From an uncultured Gemmatimonadales bacterium (GTDB lineage Bacteria; Gemmatimonadota; Gemmatimonadetes; Longimicrobiales; RSA9), in the NCBI GenBank assembly GCA_963798085.1, contig CAWCRS010000002.1, forward strand, positions 352,001 through 416,000: a DNA stretch of 64,000 bases, written 5' to 3'. Below, piece after piece: positions 1 through 11,544 of this stretch (position 1 is the first letter of the stretch; each line of letters opens with the position of its first letter). The position numbers and the translations under genes were made by a program. Below the pieces are notes generated by a model. It had not been told where the DNA came from. It ran no database searches and saw only the letters and a program-made list of their open reading frames with translations.

Positions 1-97
1 CGTGTGATACCGCACCGAAAATCGGCAACGAGAGGCACGCCTGCAGATATCGTCTCAGAGGTTGCGGACCTGCCGCGTCCCGGCACGCTGGCTCGCG

Positions 98-412
98 CTA
101 CCTCGTTCGGCGACGTGCCTGCTTCCGCCGCGGCCTTGTCCTGGGGCGCCTGGCCGACGTCGATTCAGTGGAGATGTTGCGCTCCAGGCGCGCGATCAGG
201 CGATCCAGCTCTTTGATGTGCGCCTGAACCACCTTCCGCATCGCCGCCTGCCAACCCCGCGGCGGAGGACGATGGTCCGCACGCCTGCGATCCGCCCGAG
301 CCTGGCTCATGGCTGACCGGCTGACACCCAGTTCCTCGGCTACATCCCCGAGGGTCACCCCGTTGATGAGCTGGTCTGTCACTTCCTGAAAGGTGATCTT
401 CAAGGCTCCCAC
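98..412 (-). CDS. small protein with possible helix-turn-helix
   Basis: ORF contains VTLGDVAEELGVSRSAMSQAR, an HTH-like pattern; start and extent uncertain. Confidence 0.4.
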   Translation of the reverse strand: MGALKITFQEVTDQLINGVTLGDVAEELGVSRSAMSQARADRRRADHRPPPRGWQAAMRKVVQAHIKELDRLIARLERNISTESTSARRPRTRPRRKQARRRTR

Positions 413-756
413 CCGGTTGTGTTGCAGATGTTGGAAGTACCATGCTGCAGCACGCGCGTGACTGCCGCAAGGTCAGGCAACCTGCTCAGGCTGCCAGCGG
501 CAGACACATTGATTCGATTGACCGCTCCAATCACGATGGCGGCGTTCCTGCGCCCGCGGCCGGGACGATTCCGGCGCGGGCGAATCGCTGCAGGGTAGCA
601 GGGCCGTGCAGCGCGGACCGCCCCGTGCCCAGCAGCGCTGCCATGGCGGCGGCATAATGTTGTGTTAGATACACACTCGTCCACCAGCGGTACGCCGCAT
701 TGTCAGCCTGGTCGCCCATCGCAGGGTGACTGGATGCCGCCATGCGAGCCGTGCGG

Positions 757-1401
757 TTAACTGTGGTCGGCGAGGTGCTGCTGCCGCATCAGCTGCTCGA
801 GGAAATCGACCTGCTGGCGGAGTCGCTCCACCTCGTCTTCCAGCGATTGCATCCGCTCCTCGGTGATCGCAGTGACGACAGGCACAGGTTGGTGCGACCC
901 GGGCGGTAACGGGCTGAGGGCCGCGGCTGGCAGTGCCAGGACGTGATCGATTACGCGCCGCACCATGAGAGTGGGGCCGAATCCGGACCGTGTTTCCCGC
1001 GCGTCGGATGGCAGGCTCGAGAGTGCAGCCAACAGCTTGTGCGCTTCCCCTCTCGACACGAGAAGCCGATACCTGCGACCACCCGCCACGACCAGTACCA
1101 GCCCACGGAACGGGCCGACGCGGAGTCCGGTTCGCGCAATCTGTCCGGCATTCACTTCGAATTGCGTCCAGCTCGTTCGGCCTGCGGAGCGAAGGCACAG
1201 CAGACGCTTCTCCGTGACGACGATCAACCACGATCGCCGCAGCCAGCGCAGGCGGGCAACCTTCCCCCGCGCAATCGCAAGAATGTGCTCGTCGGCGTGA
1301 AGCACTGCGGGCAGGTCGCGCATTTCGCGCTGTTCCCACCAGCGCGAGCCTTCGCCCAGCGCGCGAAGCTGCAGATCGATGACACCGCGATCGATGGCCA
1401 T
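757..1401 (-). CDS. bacterial PH-domain protein with C-terminal coiled coil
   Basis: LHADEHILAIARG...WLIVVTEKRLL resembles bacterial PH domains; C-terminal heptads ERMQSLEDEVERLRQQVDFLE; start placed at MAIDRG inside ORF 757..1719. Confidence 0.55.
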   Translation of the reverse strand: MAIDRGVIDLQLRALGEGSRWWEQREMRDLPAVLHADEHILAIARGKVARLRWLRRSWLIVVTEKRLLCLRSAGRTSWTQFEVNAGQIARTGLRVGPFRGLVLVVAGGRRYRLLVSRGEAHKLLAALSSLPSDARETRSGFGPTLMVRRVIDHVLALPAAALSPLPPGSHQPVPVVTAITEERMQSLEDEVERLRQQVDFLEQLMRQQHLADHS

Positions 1402-1739
1402 GCTGTCGTGGGTTCGGACAGGAAGCTCTGCGAGTCTCAGGATCGTGCCCGGCATCGCGCCGCGCAAGGCACCATCAACATGGAAATGCCACTGCTCGAT
1501 TCGGGACGGGCTCGAAAATGGTTCCGGCCAGCCGGCCACCTGTTGCGCCATCGGCTCGAGGTGGCAGCGCTGCCTGCAATGCCAAACGTCTCCGGGGTCG
1601 GTCCCGCCGCTCGGATCACCACAACAAGGCGCGGATTCCACCGTTGTGTCAGGATTGCCCGCGTGCCCGGATTGCGCGAAGTGCGTGCCTGTGCGCAACG
1701 CCAACGGAGTTTTGCACAAAAGGGCTGGGTACCATGACG

Positions 1740-1764
1740 GGCGGCCGTGAATGGCGTGTTAGAT
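1740..1764. repeat. attC-like half-site remnant
   Basis: GGCGGCCGTGAATGGCGTGTTAGAT closely matches the right end of the intact repeats (CGTGAAATGGCGTGTTAG). Confidence 0.65.
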
Positions 1765-1911
1765 GAAACCCGTCCCTTGCCGCACGCGCAGCCGTACACA
1801 GTGCGACCGCAGACAGGTCCCGGTGGAACGGCTTTCCCTTCTGAGCGGTGAAGCGTCTCTCCGACAACGCGCCCTCCACCCCTGGTGCCCCTTCCTGCGG
1901 GTACTTCGGAT

Positions 1912-2526
1912 TCAATCCACGGGTTGACCACGGAGGTAAATGTGCACGCCCTGCGTGTCGTTCATCAGCAGCCGCGCCTCCGGGGCGCCGAAACGCCGCA
2001 TGAGGTCGTGCATGATGGGTTCCTCGCCACTCCACGGATACGCGAAGACAAGGTCGAAGTCGTCGAGCGGGTGCTTCAGTTCCAGATAGCCTGACCTGCC
2101 CTCCCCGATCGTCCCGATACGACTGTCACCCGTACTCGATCGCCAATGGTACCCGGTCGGGGTGAAGCTGCCCACTGCAAAGCGTGCCCGCGAACGGAAA
2201 CGGCGGGCAAGGTCACGTGCAATGTCGACAAGGTCCGGGTCGATCTCGATGCCGAACGCCTCGAAGCCCATCAGGTCGGCCATGATCGTAATGACGCCGG
2301 TCGCAGATCCCCACTCGAGGAACCGCAGCCCGGGACGTCGCAGCGTCAGCAAGGTCCGTTCTACGTTCTCGTAATCCGCCGCGACGAACGGATGCCACCG
2401 TTGCCTGCGCACCGTGGAATCGAAATGCTCCCAGATGCGCTGGCCTTCTTCACGCAACGACGCCAGCTGCGCGCGAAGCGGATCAGCCAACGCACTGGTG
2501 TCCGGCATGGCACCATTTGCGGTCAT
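1912..2526 (-). CDS. class I SAM-dependent methyltransferase
   Basis: motif I RFLEWGSATG followed by AFGIEIDPDLV. Confidence 0.75.
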   Translation of the reverse strand: MTANGAMPDTSALADPLRAQLASLREEGQRIWEHFDSTVRRQRWHPFVAADYENVERTLLTLRRPGLRFLEWGSATGVITIMADLMGFEAFGIEIDPDLVDIARDLARRFRSRARFAVGSFTPTGYHWRSSTGDSRIGTIGEGRSGYLELKHPLDDFDLVFAYPWSGEEPIMHDLMRRFGAPEARLLMNDTQGVHIYLRGQPVD

Positions 2527-2732
2527 CCGCTTCCGAATCCCCCTTCAACCGCTTCTGCTTGCCCCTCACTGCCTGACGCGACATCATCACCGGCCGGCGC
2601 CACCTCGCCTGGCTCGCCTTCCAGCGCCGTTTCCTTCCGTACCTTCTTCCTGGCCGCCTTCTCGTCTCGCTTCTGCTGGCGCTTGATTTCCTTCTGCCGT
2701 TTCTCGAAACCGTACTTCGGTCGCCTTGACAC
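2523..2732 (-). CDS. small basic hypothetical protein
   Basis: SRRPKYGFEKRQKEIKRQQKRDEK; GTG start after GAGG; 4-bp overlap with the methyltransferase start. Confidence 0.55.
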   Translation of the reverse strand: MSRRPKYGFEKRQKEIKRQQKRDEKAARKKVRKETALEGEPGEVAPAGDDVASGSEGQAEAVEGGFGSG

Positions 2733-3238
2733 ATCCGCCTCGTCAGTTGTGGCGCAACCTCGCACCACTCCCAGGGAGCCGCGCCAGGCCAGACCCGTAC
2801 ACCGAACGGTCCCGGGCGAATCCGCCCACGGGATCCTGCGGTCTACCCCGACTCCTGACTCTTGGTCCTGAGCTGCAGGGCCCGACCCTGCGTACCATCA
2901 GACGTGCCTTTCCCGGAACCACCGCGCTCGCCGCACGGTCGTGGCGGGCGACGCATGGAGTCGGGTGCCCTTCGCATTGTCGGGGCCGCGCCCGCTCACC
3001 GCTGCAGCGTGCATGTTAGTGGACAAGCTCCCGGAATTGCACAACGTTCCCCTCCGGGTCAACGCCGTCACACACCCTCCAACCGTTGAACAGCCACGCC
3101 CTTGTCGACGCCATTCATGCACCGCCGTGCGCCTCGTCAGAAGTGCGCACGGCAGGGAGACTCGGTACAAAGAACACCAGCTTGACGGCCGCGTCCGCCC
3201 CCCGGACAGCGGGCGCCGCATGGATCGCCCCAGGCTCG

Positions 3239-3628
3239 CTATCTGTGCCCGTCAAGGTCCAGCGCCGTGGCATGCTTTGGCTGATAGAGGCCGAGCGCGC
3301 CGCCGCTGGGCAACGGGATGGTCGTGGCGATGCCCCATTCCGCTTCGTCGGCAGGCGAACAACGCACGCCCTGCTGCTCCAGGGACGCCATCATCGCCTG
3401 CACATCATCGCACATCAGGTAGAGTACCGCACCCAGGAGATCGTGTCCCGCATGGCGCTCGACGACGTCGCCGTTGCTCGGGTGGACCGCTACTTCGGCA
3501 GGCGGGAGTCCGAGGATCAGCCAGCCGCCGCCAGCATCGACGCCGCGCAACCCGAGCACATCGCGCAGAAATGCGCGATCGGCATTCGCATCCCGGCTGT
3601 ACAGGAGCACGTGCGCACCGAAGATCAC
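3239..3628 (-). CDS. VOC family (glyoxalase/extradiol dioxygenase-like) protein
   Basis: GAHVLLYSRDANADRAFLRDVLGL...EWGIATTIPLPSGGALGLYQP; GTG start with GAGGTG RBS. Confidence 0.8.
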   Translation of the reverse strand: MIFGAHVLLYSRDANADRAFLRDVLGLRGVDAGGGWLILGLPPAEVAVHPSNGDVVERHAGHDLLGAVLYLMCDDVQAMMASLEQQGVRCSPADEAEWGIATTIPLPSGGALGLYQPKHATALDLDGHR

Positions 3629-4063
3629 CGGACACCTCGCCGTTGCCGGATTCTGACTCTCTCGGCATTCGCAGCCGGAGTGTCTTGATGCCTGCAAGAT
3701 AGCTCGCCCCGGGTGCCACGCCCAAGGACACTGTGCGAGTGGAATTGCATGGGCGGATCGTCTCCGCACGAAGGTCGGATGCGGCGTTGGTACGTGCGCG
3801 AGCGCGCCTTGCTGAGTCGCCGTGTTGGCCGACGCACCGCAACCCGGCGCAACGGGAAGCGCGGGCTCTCGGCTGCGTGTGATGACTGGCCCCGTGGTGT
3901 TCGCGTAGCCAGCAGTCGACAGGCCAGCACGCGTCAATCGGGTTCGCTTATGCATCGCGGCGCTAACGCCCGAGCGGAAGGCATTGTGCGAAGTCGATCG
4001 AGCCTCGATTGAGCAGCGATCCATGCGCACGCAATGCCACGCATCATCTCGTGCAGTGCCGCT

Positions 4064-4564
4064 TCACTCGGGCTGTTTCAACGCCCTGATGGTTCGATGA
4101 TGTCCAAACATCAGGCCTGCCATGGCCAGGGCTGCTCCGAGAACGATGAAACCGCCGTTTCCTGTCCTCAGAGTAAGGTCCACCTGGATGGGCGGGCGCC
4201 GAATCAGCTGGTTGACCGTCCCCAGCACGGACAACATGATGCCAGAGGTCATCGCCACCCGGGCCATCGGGAACCGGGCGTCAATTCTGGCCGGCGCGAG
4301 ACCGCTCGACCGCCCGCGCTGCAACCGTCTCCAGATGAGGGACAGCGCAAACAGCGGTGGAGCCAGGGCTGAACACGAGAGGACGGCAAGCAGCCAGTCT
4401 CCCGGCCGCGCCTGCACGCTCGAACCCGACGACGACAATGGAGGGTTGAAGTGGAAGGATGGCGTCAGGTGATGGTGACGGTAGATCTCGAGATAGAGTT
4501 CGAACCAGCTCAGGACCCACACGACGCCAGCCAGCCATTGCGCTCTCCGCATTACATCTCGCAT
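4064..4564 (-). CDS. hypothetical membrane protein
   Basis: 166-aa ORF with about 4 hydrophobic segments. Confidence 0.5.
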   Translation of the reverse strand: MRDVMRRAQWLAGVVWVLSWFELYLEIYRHHHLTPSFHFNPPLSSSGSSVQARPGDWLLAVLSCSALAPPLFALSLIWRRLQRGRSSGLAPARIDARFPMARVAMTSGIMLSVLGTVNQLIRRPPIQVDLTLRTGNGGFIVLGAALAMAGLMFGHHRTIRALKQPE

Positions 4565-4749
4565 GGGTCCTCACGTTCGTTGTGTGTGTCGGGCTTCACT
4601 CTCGAGGGCGAGGCTCCATACCCATTTGTGCCCGCGCTGATACCGATGCACGAGGGTGGGGTGGTCCGGCAACGAGCATCACTCGCTCCAACGCCGGGAA
4701 GGCTGCGCGCGGATCCCGTCGCCGGGTCGGTGGAGCGCACCCGGAACAG

Positions 4750-5175
4750 TCAGATGCGCAAGTACCAGAAGAGCGCGAGTGTCGGCCACACGCGGTACAT
4801 CGTGCGGCCGCGAATCCTGAAATAGCGCGTTTGCGCGGCCCGCCCAGGAGCATGCGCCGTCCAGCGCACAACGCCAACCGGCAGCACACGGATCGGTGAA
4901 GCGAACCAGGTGCGGTGAACGATCACGGTGTCCGTGATGATGGAATCGAGCGCCGTGCTCTCCTCGAGCCAGTGCAGCGACAACGCAGAGTCGGGCACCG
5001 TGCGGCGGGACTCCGCCAGCTCGTCCTGTTGCCAGGTGGTCATGCGCCACCGCAGATAGCCGCGAATCTGCTGATCTGCAGCGCTGGGCGACGGCCGTGG
5101 GCCGACAAGTGGCGGCAGCACGATTGCCAGGATGAGCGCCGCAAGGATGGGTTTTCCGCGCACGATGATTCGCAT
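4750..5175 (-). CDS. hypothetical protein with N-terminal signal/TM segment
   Basis: 141-aa ORF with hydrophobic N-terminus and GAGG RBS. Confidence 0.5.
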   Translation of the reverse strand: MRIIVRGKPILAALILAIVLPPLVGPRPSPSAADQQIRGYLRWRMTTWQQDELAESRRTVPDSALSLHWLEESTALDSIITDTVIVHRTWFASPIRVLPVGVVRWTAHAPGRAAQTRYFRIRGRTMYRVWPTLALFWYLRI

Positions 5176-5316
5176 GACGGCCTCAGGAGTACGGCGGCGT
5201 TCGTTCCCGCACGATCACCAGTATCGAGTGGTCACCGGAGACGACTTTAGCGCGGGCCCGCAGTCCGCCTTCCTGCGCGATCGTTTCGGCCGTGCCGCAG
5301 CGGCCGCCGCCGCTGG

Positions 5317-5336
5317 GCGTGAACTTGTTGTTAAAT
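5317..5336. repeat. degenerate attC-like right end
   Basis: GCGTGAACTTGTTGTTAAAT: L-box, 6 nt, GTTRRRY, in an intergenic position. Confidence 0.45.
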
Positions 5337-5585
5337 GCGGCCCGGTGCAGCAGCGGCTCGGGGAGCTGGCCACGGTCAGGAATTGCGTGCCGTCCACGTG
5401 AAGCTCCCGGGAGAGCGCGCAGAACGCCCGGCCCCTCGAAGGCAGGTCGCGCAACGGTCGCGGGCAACCGTGAATCATGTAACGGCGCCCTCGCGTCGGT
5501 GAAGTCGCGTGCCCCATGGATGTCGCGGGCCTTCCGCCTGCTGTTGGACAATGGTAAGATGCTCGCACACAAGGACTGAGCTATC

Positions 5586-7974
5586 ATGGTACAGAATGAC
5601 ACCTCCGCCGACAGGCACCCGGGCGCTGGCAACGACGTAACTTCCGACGTTGCTTTTCTCGAGCCGCCCGCACACGGTTGTTTCCCGTTCGTCCGGCGCC
5701 TTGATTTCACCCCCGTTCTTGAATTCTGGGAGAAGCTTGTTCGCGCCGAACACGGCATCGATGCGGATTCGGCTGCCGATATGCGCAGGCAGATGGAGTC
5801 GGTGGCGGGACTGCTGGGGCCCGTGGACGATATGGGGATCGTGTGGCAGAACATGCCGATCGTCCGCCGTTTGCTGAGTATCGTCATGCCGCCGGCTTTC
5901 TGGGACACCACCTTCACAGCGGCACTCGTGCCGTTCTCGTATCAGTCGTTTCTTGCCACGCCGCAGTTGAAGACGCTGATGCTCATCGAGCAGGGGACCG
6001 TCGAGTCTCCTTTCGGCCTCGGCACCGTAGCGGAGGAACAGAAGATCGTACGGGAAGCCTATCTGGCCGTGGCGGCGCACTTCTACGGGTTGAAGTTCGA
6101 TTTCCACGACCCGATGATTACCACCGTGCTCGACCCCACGACGGGGCTCAAGCGATATTTCCGCCTGGATAGCGACAACCGCTTCATACACCCGGTTCTG
6201 GTGGCAGAACTCCCGGTGCTCCGTGAAGAGCAGATCCGTGCGCTGCGCGAGAACATTACCAGCGTGGAACTGTGGCGACAGATGATACCGGATGGGACCT
6301 TCGAGTTCCACGGTGTCGGACTCGTGAGTGCTGTCGATATCACCGATCAGGAAATTCTTTCCCGCCTGAAACACAGCCTCATCGAAGGCAATGCAAGCAC
6401 GACTCTCGAAAGATTCATCGAGATTCAGCAGCGCGTTCGCGAACTGCTTCGACGACCCGACATTGTCATCCTCGACGACGAGGGTGTTCGGATTCTCGAT
6501 ATTCTCGAAGATCATTCGAAGTCCGATGCCGAGAGTATTTCGGGATTCGCCGAGCTGCATGAAGCGTCGGACGTCGCCGGCACGGTCGTCGATCGTGCAC
6601 TGCTCTCCGGTCGAATCCAGGTAGTAGAGGATCTGGCGACCCTGCAGGCTCCCACGGCCATGGAGCGGAGGGTTATGGCCGGGGGACTGCGAAACCTGCT
6701 GGTAGTTCCACTGTGGTACGATCGTGAGATGATCGGCACGCTCAACCTTGCATCTCCCAATCCTTCCGATCTCACCGTGCTGACCGAGGTAGCTCTCAGG
6801 GAGATAACTCCGTTGTTTGCAATGGCACTCCGGCGGAGTCGAGAGGAGATGAACAACCGGATCCAGGCGATCATACGCGAACGGTACACGGCGATCCAGC
6901 CGGCCATCGAGTGGCGGTTCCGTCGCGCCGCCAACCGGATGATGATGGAGGAATCGCGCGGCAGGTCGCCGGAAGTGGAAGAGATCATCTTCGATAATGT
7001 CTATCCCCTCTATGCGGTCTCCGATCTGTGTGGCTCCTCCCACCAGCGGAACGCCGCGATCCGCGCCGATCTTCAGGAGCATCTCCGCCTGGCGCTCGCA
7101 GTCGTGCGGGCCGCCATCACGTCGCGGCTGCGTCCAGTCCTCGAGAATATCGCATTCCGGATCGAGCGCGCAATGAAACGACTCGACGTTGGCATCGACT
7201 CCGGCGACGAGGCGACGATTCTCGATTTCCTTCGTCGCGAAATCGAGCCCCGATTCGATCATCTCGGCGAGATGAACGCTCGACGTCACGGAGCAGGTGA
7301 TCCGCTACCGTGCTGCCCTCGATCCGGAGCGCGGCATCATCTACCGGCGGCGGAAGGAGTTCGAGCAGAGTGTGGCGGCGATCAATCGGCTGATTTCGGC
7401 ATATCTGGAGGAGGAGGAGCAGAAGGCACAGGCAATGTTCCCGCATTACTTCGAGAAACACCAGACCGACGGCGTCGATTTCGGGATCTACGTCGGTGCC
7501 TCTCTCGTCGAGGACGGCCGGTTCGATCCCCTCCATCTGAAGGACCTTCGCCTGTGGCAGCTTCTGACGCTGTGCGAGATCGCGCGCCGGACCGCGGCCA
7601 TGAAGCCCGGCCTGAGCGTTCCGCTCGACATGACCCATCTCATCCTCGTGCAGAACGTTCCCCTTTCGATCCGCTTCCGGCTCGACGAGAAACAGTTCGA
7701 CGTCAATGGGGCATACAACGTTCGCTACGAGATCATGAAAAAGCGGATCGACAAGGCCCTCGTCAAAGGAACCGCCGAGCGGCTGACGCAGCCGGAGACC
7801 GTCGCCATCGTCTACTCGAATGCCAGCGAGGCGGTCGAATACGGCGAATACATCGAGTATCTGCAGTCGACCGGGTTTCTCCATCCCGAAGTCGAATCGC
7901 TCGATCTGGAGGACCTTCAGGAGCTGCAGGGGCTGAGGGCCCTGCGGGTGCGCGTAAAGACGGCGGCAGGATGA
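5586..7974 (+). pseudogene. large GAF-domain protein, frameshifted near 7280-7297
   Basis: GAF-like GLRNLLVVPLWYDREMIGTLNLAS; ERYTAIQPAIEWRF; protein-like sequence continues in ORF 7297..7974 (FPHYFEKHQTDGVDF); may be an intact gene with a sequencing indel. Confidence 0.7.
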
Positions 7975-8167
7975 ATCGAGGTAGACCGGGGACAGTGTAG
8001 CAGACTGCATTCCTCCGTGCACTTGCCATTGGTTTCGGCGCAACTCCGGTCATGCCGTCGGCCGAACAGCGTTTCCCGCGAACCGTCTTGCGTATCGGCC
8101 GAGTTCACTTCATGTTGCCAAGAACTTTGATGCCAGCACGGAGTCCCGGCCATGCGCGTTGCCACCA

Positions 8168-8451
8168 TGATGCGGAAACCGAGCGCGTTCCTCCCCGTGG
8201 CCATGTCCGCGGCCGCAGTGATCACGCTGCTGGCGGCCCTTGCCGGGTTCGGCCTCGCCGCTCTCCCCCAGGCCGATGAAGGTGCCGCGGCCCACATCTG
8301 GCAACTCCTCATGGGCGGCCAGCTCCCGATCATCGCTTTCTTCGCAATCCGATGGCTGCCGCAAGCGCCGCGGCAGGCGATGGCCGTTCTGGGCCTGCAA
8401 CTGGTTGCCGGGCTGACCGCAGCTGCGCCTGTGTTTCTGCTTCACCTCTGA
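8168..8451 (+). CDS. small 3-TM membrane protein
   Basis: KPSAFLPVAMS...DEGAAAHIWQLLMGGQLP; hydrophobic throughout. Confidence 0.6.
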
Positions 8452-8526
8452 GCGCTTATCGCTTGCGCGCCGGCGAGCCCGCGGCTTTCAGCATGTCCGC
8501 CGCCACGCCGGCGTGGCACTGCAGCC

Positions 8527-8546
8527 GCCGCAAACTCGTGTTAGGC
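8527..8546. repeat. degenerate attC-like right end
   Basis: CGCAAACTCGTGTTAGGC just downstream of the YncE gene stop; GCATGTCCGC core motif at ~8491. Confidence 0.45.
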
Positions 8547-8614
8547 AGCGTTGGAACGCACGCTGGTCCTGCGGCACGGCATGAGTCTGGTCACGAATGC
8601 CGGCAGAGCAGGGG

Positions 8615-9655
8615 TCAGGGCGCCTGATGCTGTGCCACCCGCTCGACCACCATCATCTTGAACGACCCCGGAACGATCGGCGGCCGGCGGCGGGGATTCG
8701 CTGCGGTGGAATCCGTAGGCGTCGGGCCATAGCGTGCGGCAACGATGTAGAGCCGATGCGTAGTTGGATCAAAACCCATGTTCCGGCCACCCTGCTCAGT
8801 CTGCAGGTTCTGCAGGACGTGATACTGGTCGGGTCCGTCCTGGTGAATCACTGTCAGCGTGCCGTCCGCATTCGAGGCAAAGGCATCGCCGGCTCTCGGA
8901 TCGTAGGCGGCGCCGTCGACCCCCGCACCAATCGGTGCAGTCGCAACCACGCGTCCGGCCTGGTAATCGGAAATCGCCATGACGCCACTGCGGCAACCGC
9001 TGAACAGCCGGTGGTGCGCGGTGTCGATGGCCATGGCGACAGGCTGCCGGCAGGGTGCCGTGGGCCAGCGCCGCGTAACGCTCAGTGATTTCCCGTCGAT
9101 CTCCACCACTTCGCCATTGTCGACGATGTTCACGTAGAGCTTGCCGTTACCCGCAGCGACCCCGGACTCCGGTTTCCCGGCGAGTGGAATGTTCGTGACG
9201 AGCCGGCCCGGCCCGGGGTCCACCACCGTGGAGGAGTGGGCATCGCCATTGAACGTGAACACGTGATTCGACACCGCATCAAAGACGATGGCATCGGCAT
9301 CCTCTGCTGCAGGAATGCGACCGAGCACGCGGAACGTGGAAGGATCGAACATCACCACGGAGCTGTCGTTGCCGGACGTGGCGAATCCATGATGTGCCGC
9401 TTCCACCAGCGCGACACCGTGTGCGCCGTGAATCTCGGGCACCTCCCCGAGCAGCCGACCGTCGACCACGTCCACAACCATGACCCGGTTCTGCCGCCCA
9501 ATGAAGACACGATGCCGCGGCGGATCTGGCGTGACGTAGTCCCAGCTACCGTCACCCCCGAGGACGTAGGTGTGCGTGATGCGGTACGCGGTGGGCGTTT
9601 GCGCCGCCGCGGCTTGCGCGACGGTCAATGCACAAATGAGAGCGATGCCACGCAT
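8615..9655 (-). CDS. YncE/YVTN-type beta-propeller secreted protein
   Basis: signal peptide MRGIALICAL; GGDGSWDY, HGAHGVA, IGAGVDGAAYDP blade repeats. Confidence 0.8.
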   Translation of the reverse strand: MRGIALICALTVAQAAAAQTPTAYRITHTYVLGGDGSWDYVTPDPPRHRVFIGRQNRVMVVDVVDGRLLGEVPEIHGAHGVALVEAAHHGFATSGNDSSVVMFDPSTFRVLGRIPAAEDADAIVFDAVSNHVFTFNGDAHSSTVVDPGPGRLVTNIPLAGKPESGVAAGNGKLYVNIVDNGEVVEIDGKSLSVTRRWPTAPCRQPVAMAIDTAHHRLFSGCRSGVMAISDYQAGRVVATAPIGAGVDGAAYDPRAGDAFASNADGTLTVIHQDGPDQYHVLQNLQTEQGGRNMGFDPTTHRLYIVAARYGPTPTDSTAANPRRRPPIVPGSFKMMVVERVAQHQAP

Positions 9656-9889
9656 GTTTCCCCCCGTGATTCGCACGTCAGATCGTTCACGACGCCGAGC
9701 TATAGTGGCTCCGTGCACATGACAACATGGTGACGGGCGTACGCTGCAGTGCTTCCATTGACTCGCTGCGATACCCGTCTGCGCGAGAATGCTCTCGCGT
9801 GGCCATCGGTTGCAGCGCTCGCGCCTGGCGCGGACCGGCCGTCCTGAGACCGCCGCCAGGCTCGCGGCCGGCGGCCGTCAGGTCGCGGT

Positions 9890-9909
9890 GCGCAAATTCC
9901 GTGTTAGAC
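9890..9909. repeat. degenerate attC-like right end
   Basis: GCGCAAATTCCGTGTTAGAC preceded by GGCCGGCGGCCGTCAGGTCGC, which resembles the terminal hairpin of the repeat family. Confidence 0.55.
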
Positions 9910-9961
9910 CGCGCCCTGCCCGCGGGCCATGCGACCGTCTTCCCGGCCGGACCGCCGTATC

Positions 9962-11210
9962 TCAGGTGAAATGGAACACGAGAGGCAGGACGAACGCGAC
10001 AAGCGCTGCCCAGCCGACGTAGACGGGAAGGTAGCCAGCCACTGCCTGCTGGACGCCGCCGGCGGAGCCCTTTCCCCGGATGAGGCCGATGTAGGCTCGG
10101 CACGTCCATGCGAGATGGGTCATGACGACGAGGTTGGCGCCGAGTACCACCACACGGTTTGGCGTGAGTCCGTACGAGGTGAGTCGGAAGACAATGGCCG
10201 AGAGCGCAATGACGTCGATGACCAGTGTGATGACGAGCAGTGCCACGTTGACGTAGTCCATCCATCCCACTTCGGCCTGCCCCCCACGCTCGGCAATCGA
10301 GAAGACCGTCATTCCCAGCACGACGAGCAGAAGTCCGTTGCAGGTGATGAGGAATTGACGGTCCACGAACGGGTTGTGCCCGCCAAGGAACGCGACGGCG
10401 AGGTAGGTAGCGGTCATTACCAGGAAGAGGGGGGCAAAGGCACGAGCGAGCACCGACGCAATCCCCGTGCGCCTCTTGAAGACAACGTCGTACAGGTAGG
10501 TACCCGCCACCGGCACGGCGGCCGCCCCCACCACGCCGACATTGTGCGAAGTACCAGTCGGCGGAGTTTCTTGAAATCAGATCGAATAGTGCCACCGTGA
10601 TCCCGCTGAAGACGATCCCGCCCAGGCCCACCAGGCTCGCCAGGATCAGCAACTCGCCGTTATAGCGTATGTAGCGTATCCGCGGTTCGGGATCGCGCCA
10701 GGAGGTGCCTGTGAAGACGAATCCCAGGAAAGCCCACATCAGGATCGGCAGGTGAAGCAGGGCCATCACCACGGAATCCGTGGGATGCGTACCACCAGGC
10801 AGAAGAGCGGCGTACGCGGTGACGATCGCGGCTGACGCCAGACCGGCAATCATCACTCGTCGGTTTCGATGCTCGAGCCAGAAATACGCGGCCAGCGCCA
10901 GGATGACCAATGACGGGGCGATGCGCGGGTAGTACCACGCCTCGCCGAGCCAGATCGCCGGGACCCGGACCAGCGCGCCGACGCCAAGGCCGATCGCGAT
11001 CGCCTGCCACAAGCGGCGTCTCCCGGCTCCACGCGCCGGCTCACTGTACTCGAGCCTTGCCCGCCAGACGCGTAGCGCAATCGAATCCTGCGCCGCACGG
11101 GACGCCTCATCGAGGGCGTCGCGAAAGGACTCCGGATCCTGCCGATAGAGGGCTTCGAGACCCTCGGGATCATCCAGGGACGCGAGAATCCGCTGCGCCG
11201 TCGGTTGCAT
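9962..11210 (-). pseudogene. DUF4153-like multi-pass membrane protein, frameshifted near 10540
   Basis: N-terminal part in ORF 9687..11210 (DPEGLEALYRQD, YIRYNGELLIL); C-terminal part in ORF 9962..10534 (YGLTPNRVVVLGANL). Confidence 0.65.
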
Positions 11211-11336
11211 GGGCTTGATCTCTCGTGTTCGGGGCCGGGAGTATGATAGAGTGCTCTGCCTTACAGAGTCAAACGCCGCGACGACGCGGTCACTTCCGAT
11301 TCGGCGGCAACGCCTCGTCGTGGCGCGACCCGCCGC

Positions 11337-11475
11337 CGATCACGTCGCAGCGAGTCCCGACGGGCCGGAGCCGACCGTCAGGGCGGCGGGCATTGTGCCG
11401 GCCATGTACGCTCGCCTCACTCACCGTGAACCGGGCGTGAGCCGGCAGGCCGGCGCGCGAAACGACGTGTTAAAT
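11337..11475. repeat. attC-like repeat, degenerate
   Basis: contains the core GCCGGAGCCGACCGTCAGGGCGGCG and ends CGCGAAACGACGTGTTAAAT. Confidence 0.75.
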
Positions 11476-11544
11476 GCAGACTGCTCCCGCCGGTCGGGAA
11501 CACGACCCGCACCTGCCAGCCAGAACCAGGCCGCCCTGACCAGC

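Noticed and set aside
2775..2853. Possible group II intron 3' end on the + strand (CCGTACACCGAACGG...CTACCCCGAC)
   Set aside because: A proper domain V stem cannot be formed; the similarity is too short.
5475..7289. 604-aa ORF on the - strand
   Set aside because: Antisense shadow of the GAF protein; no recognisable motifs.
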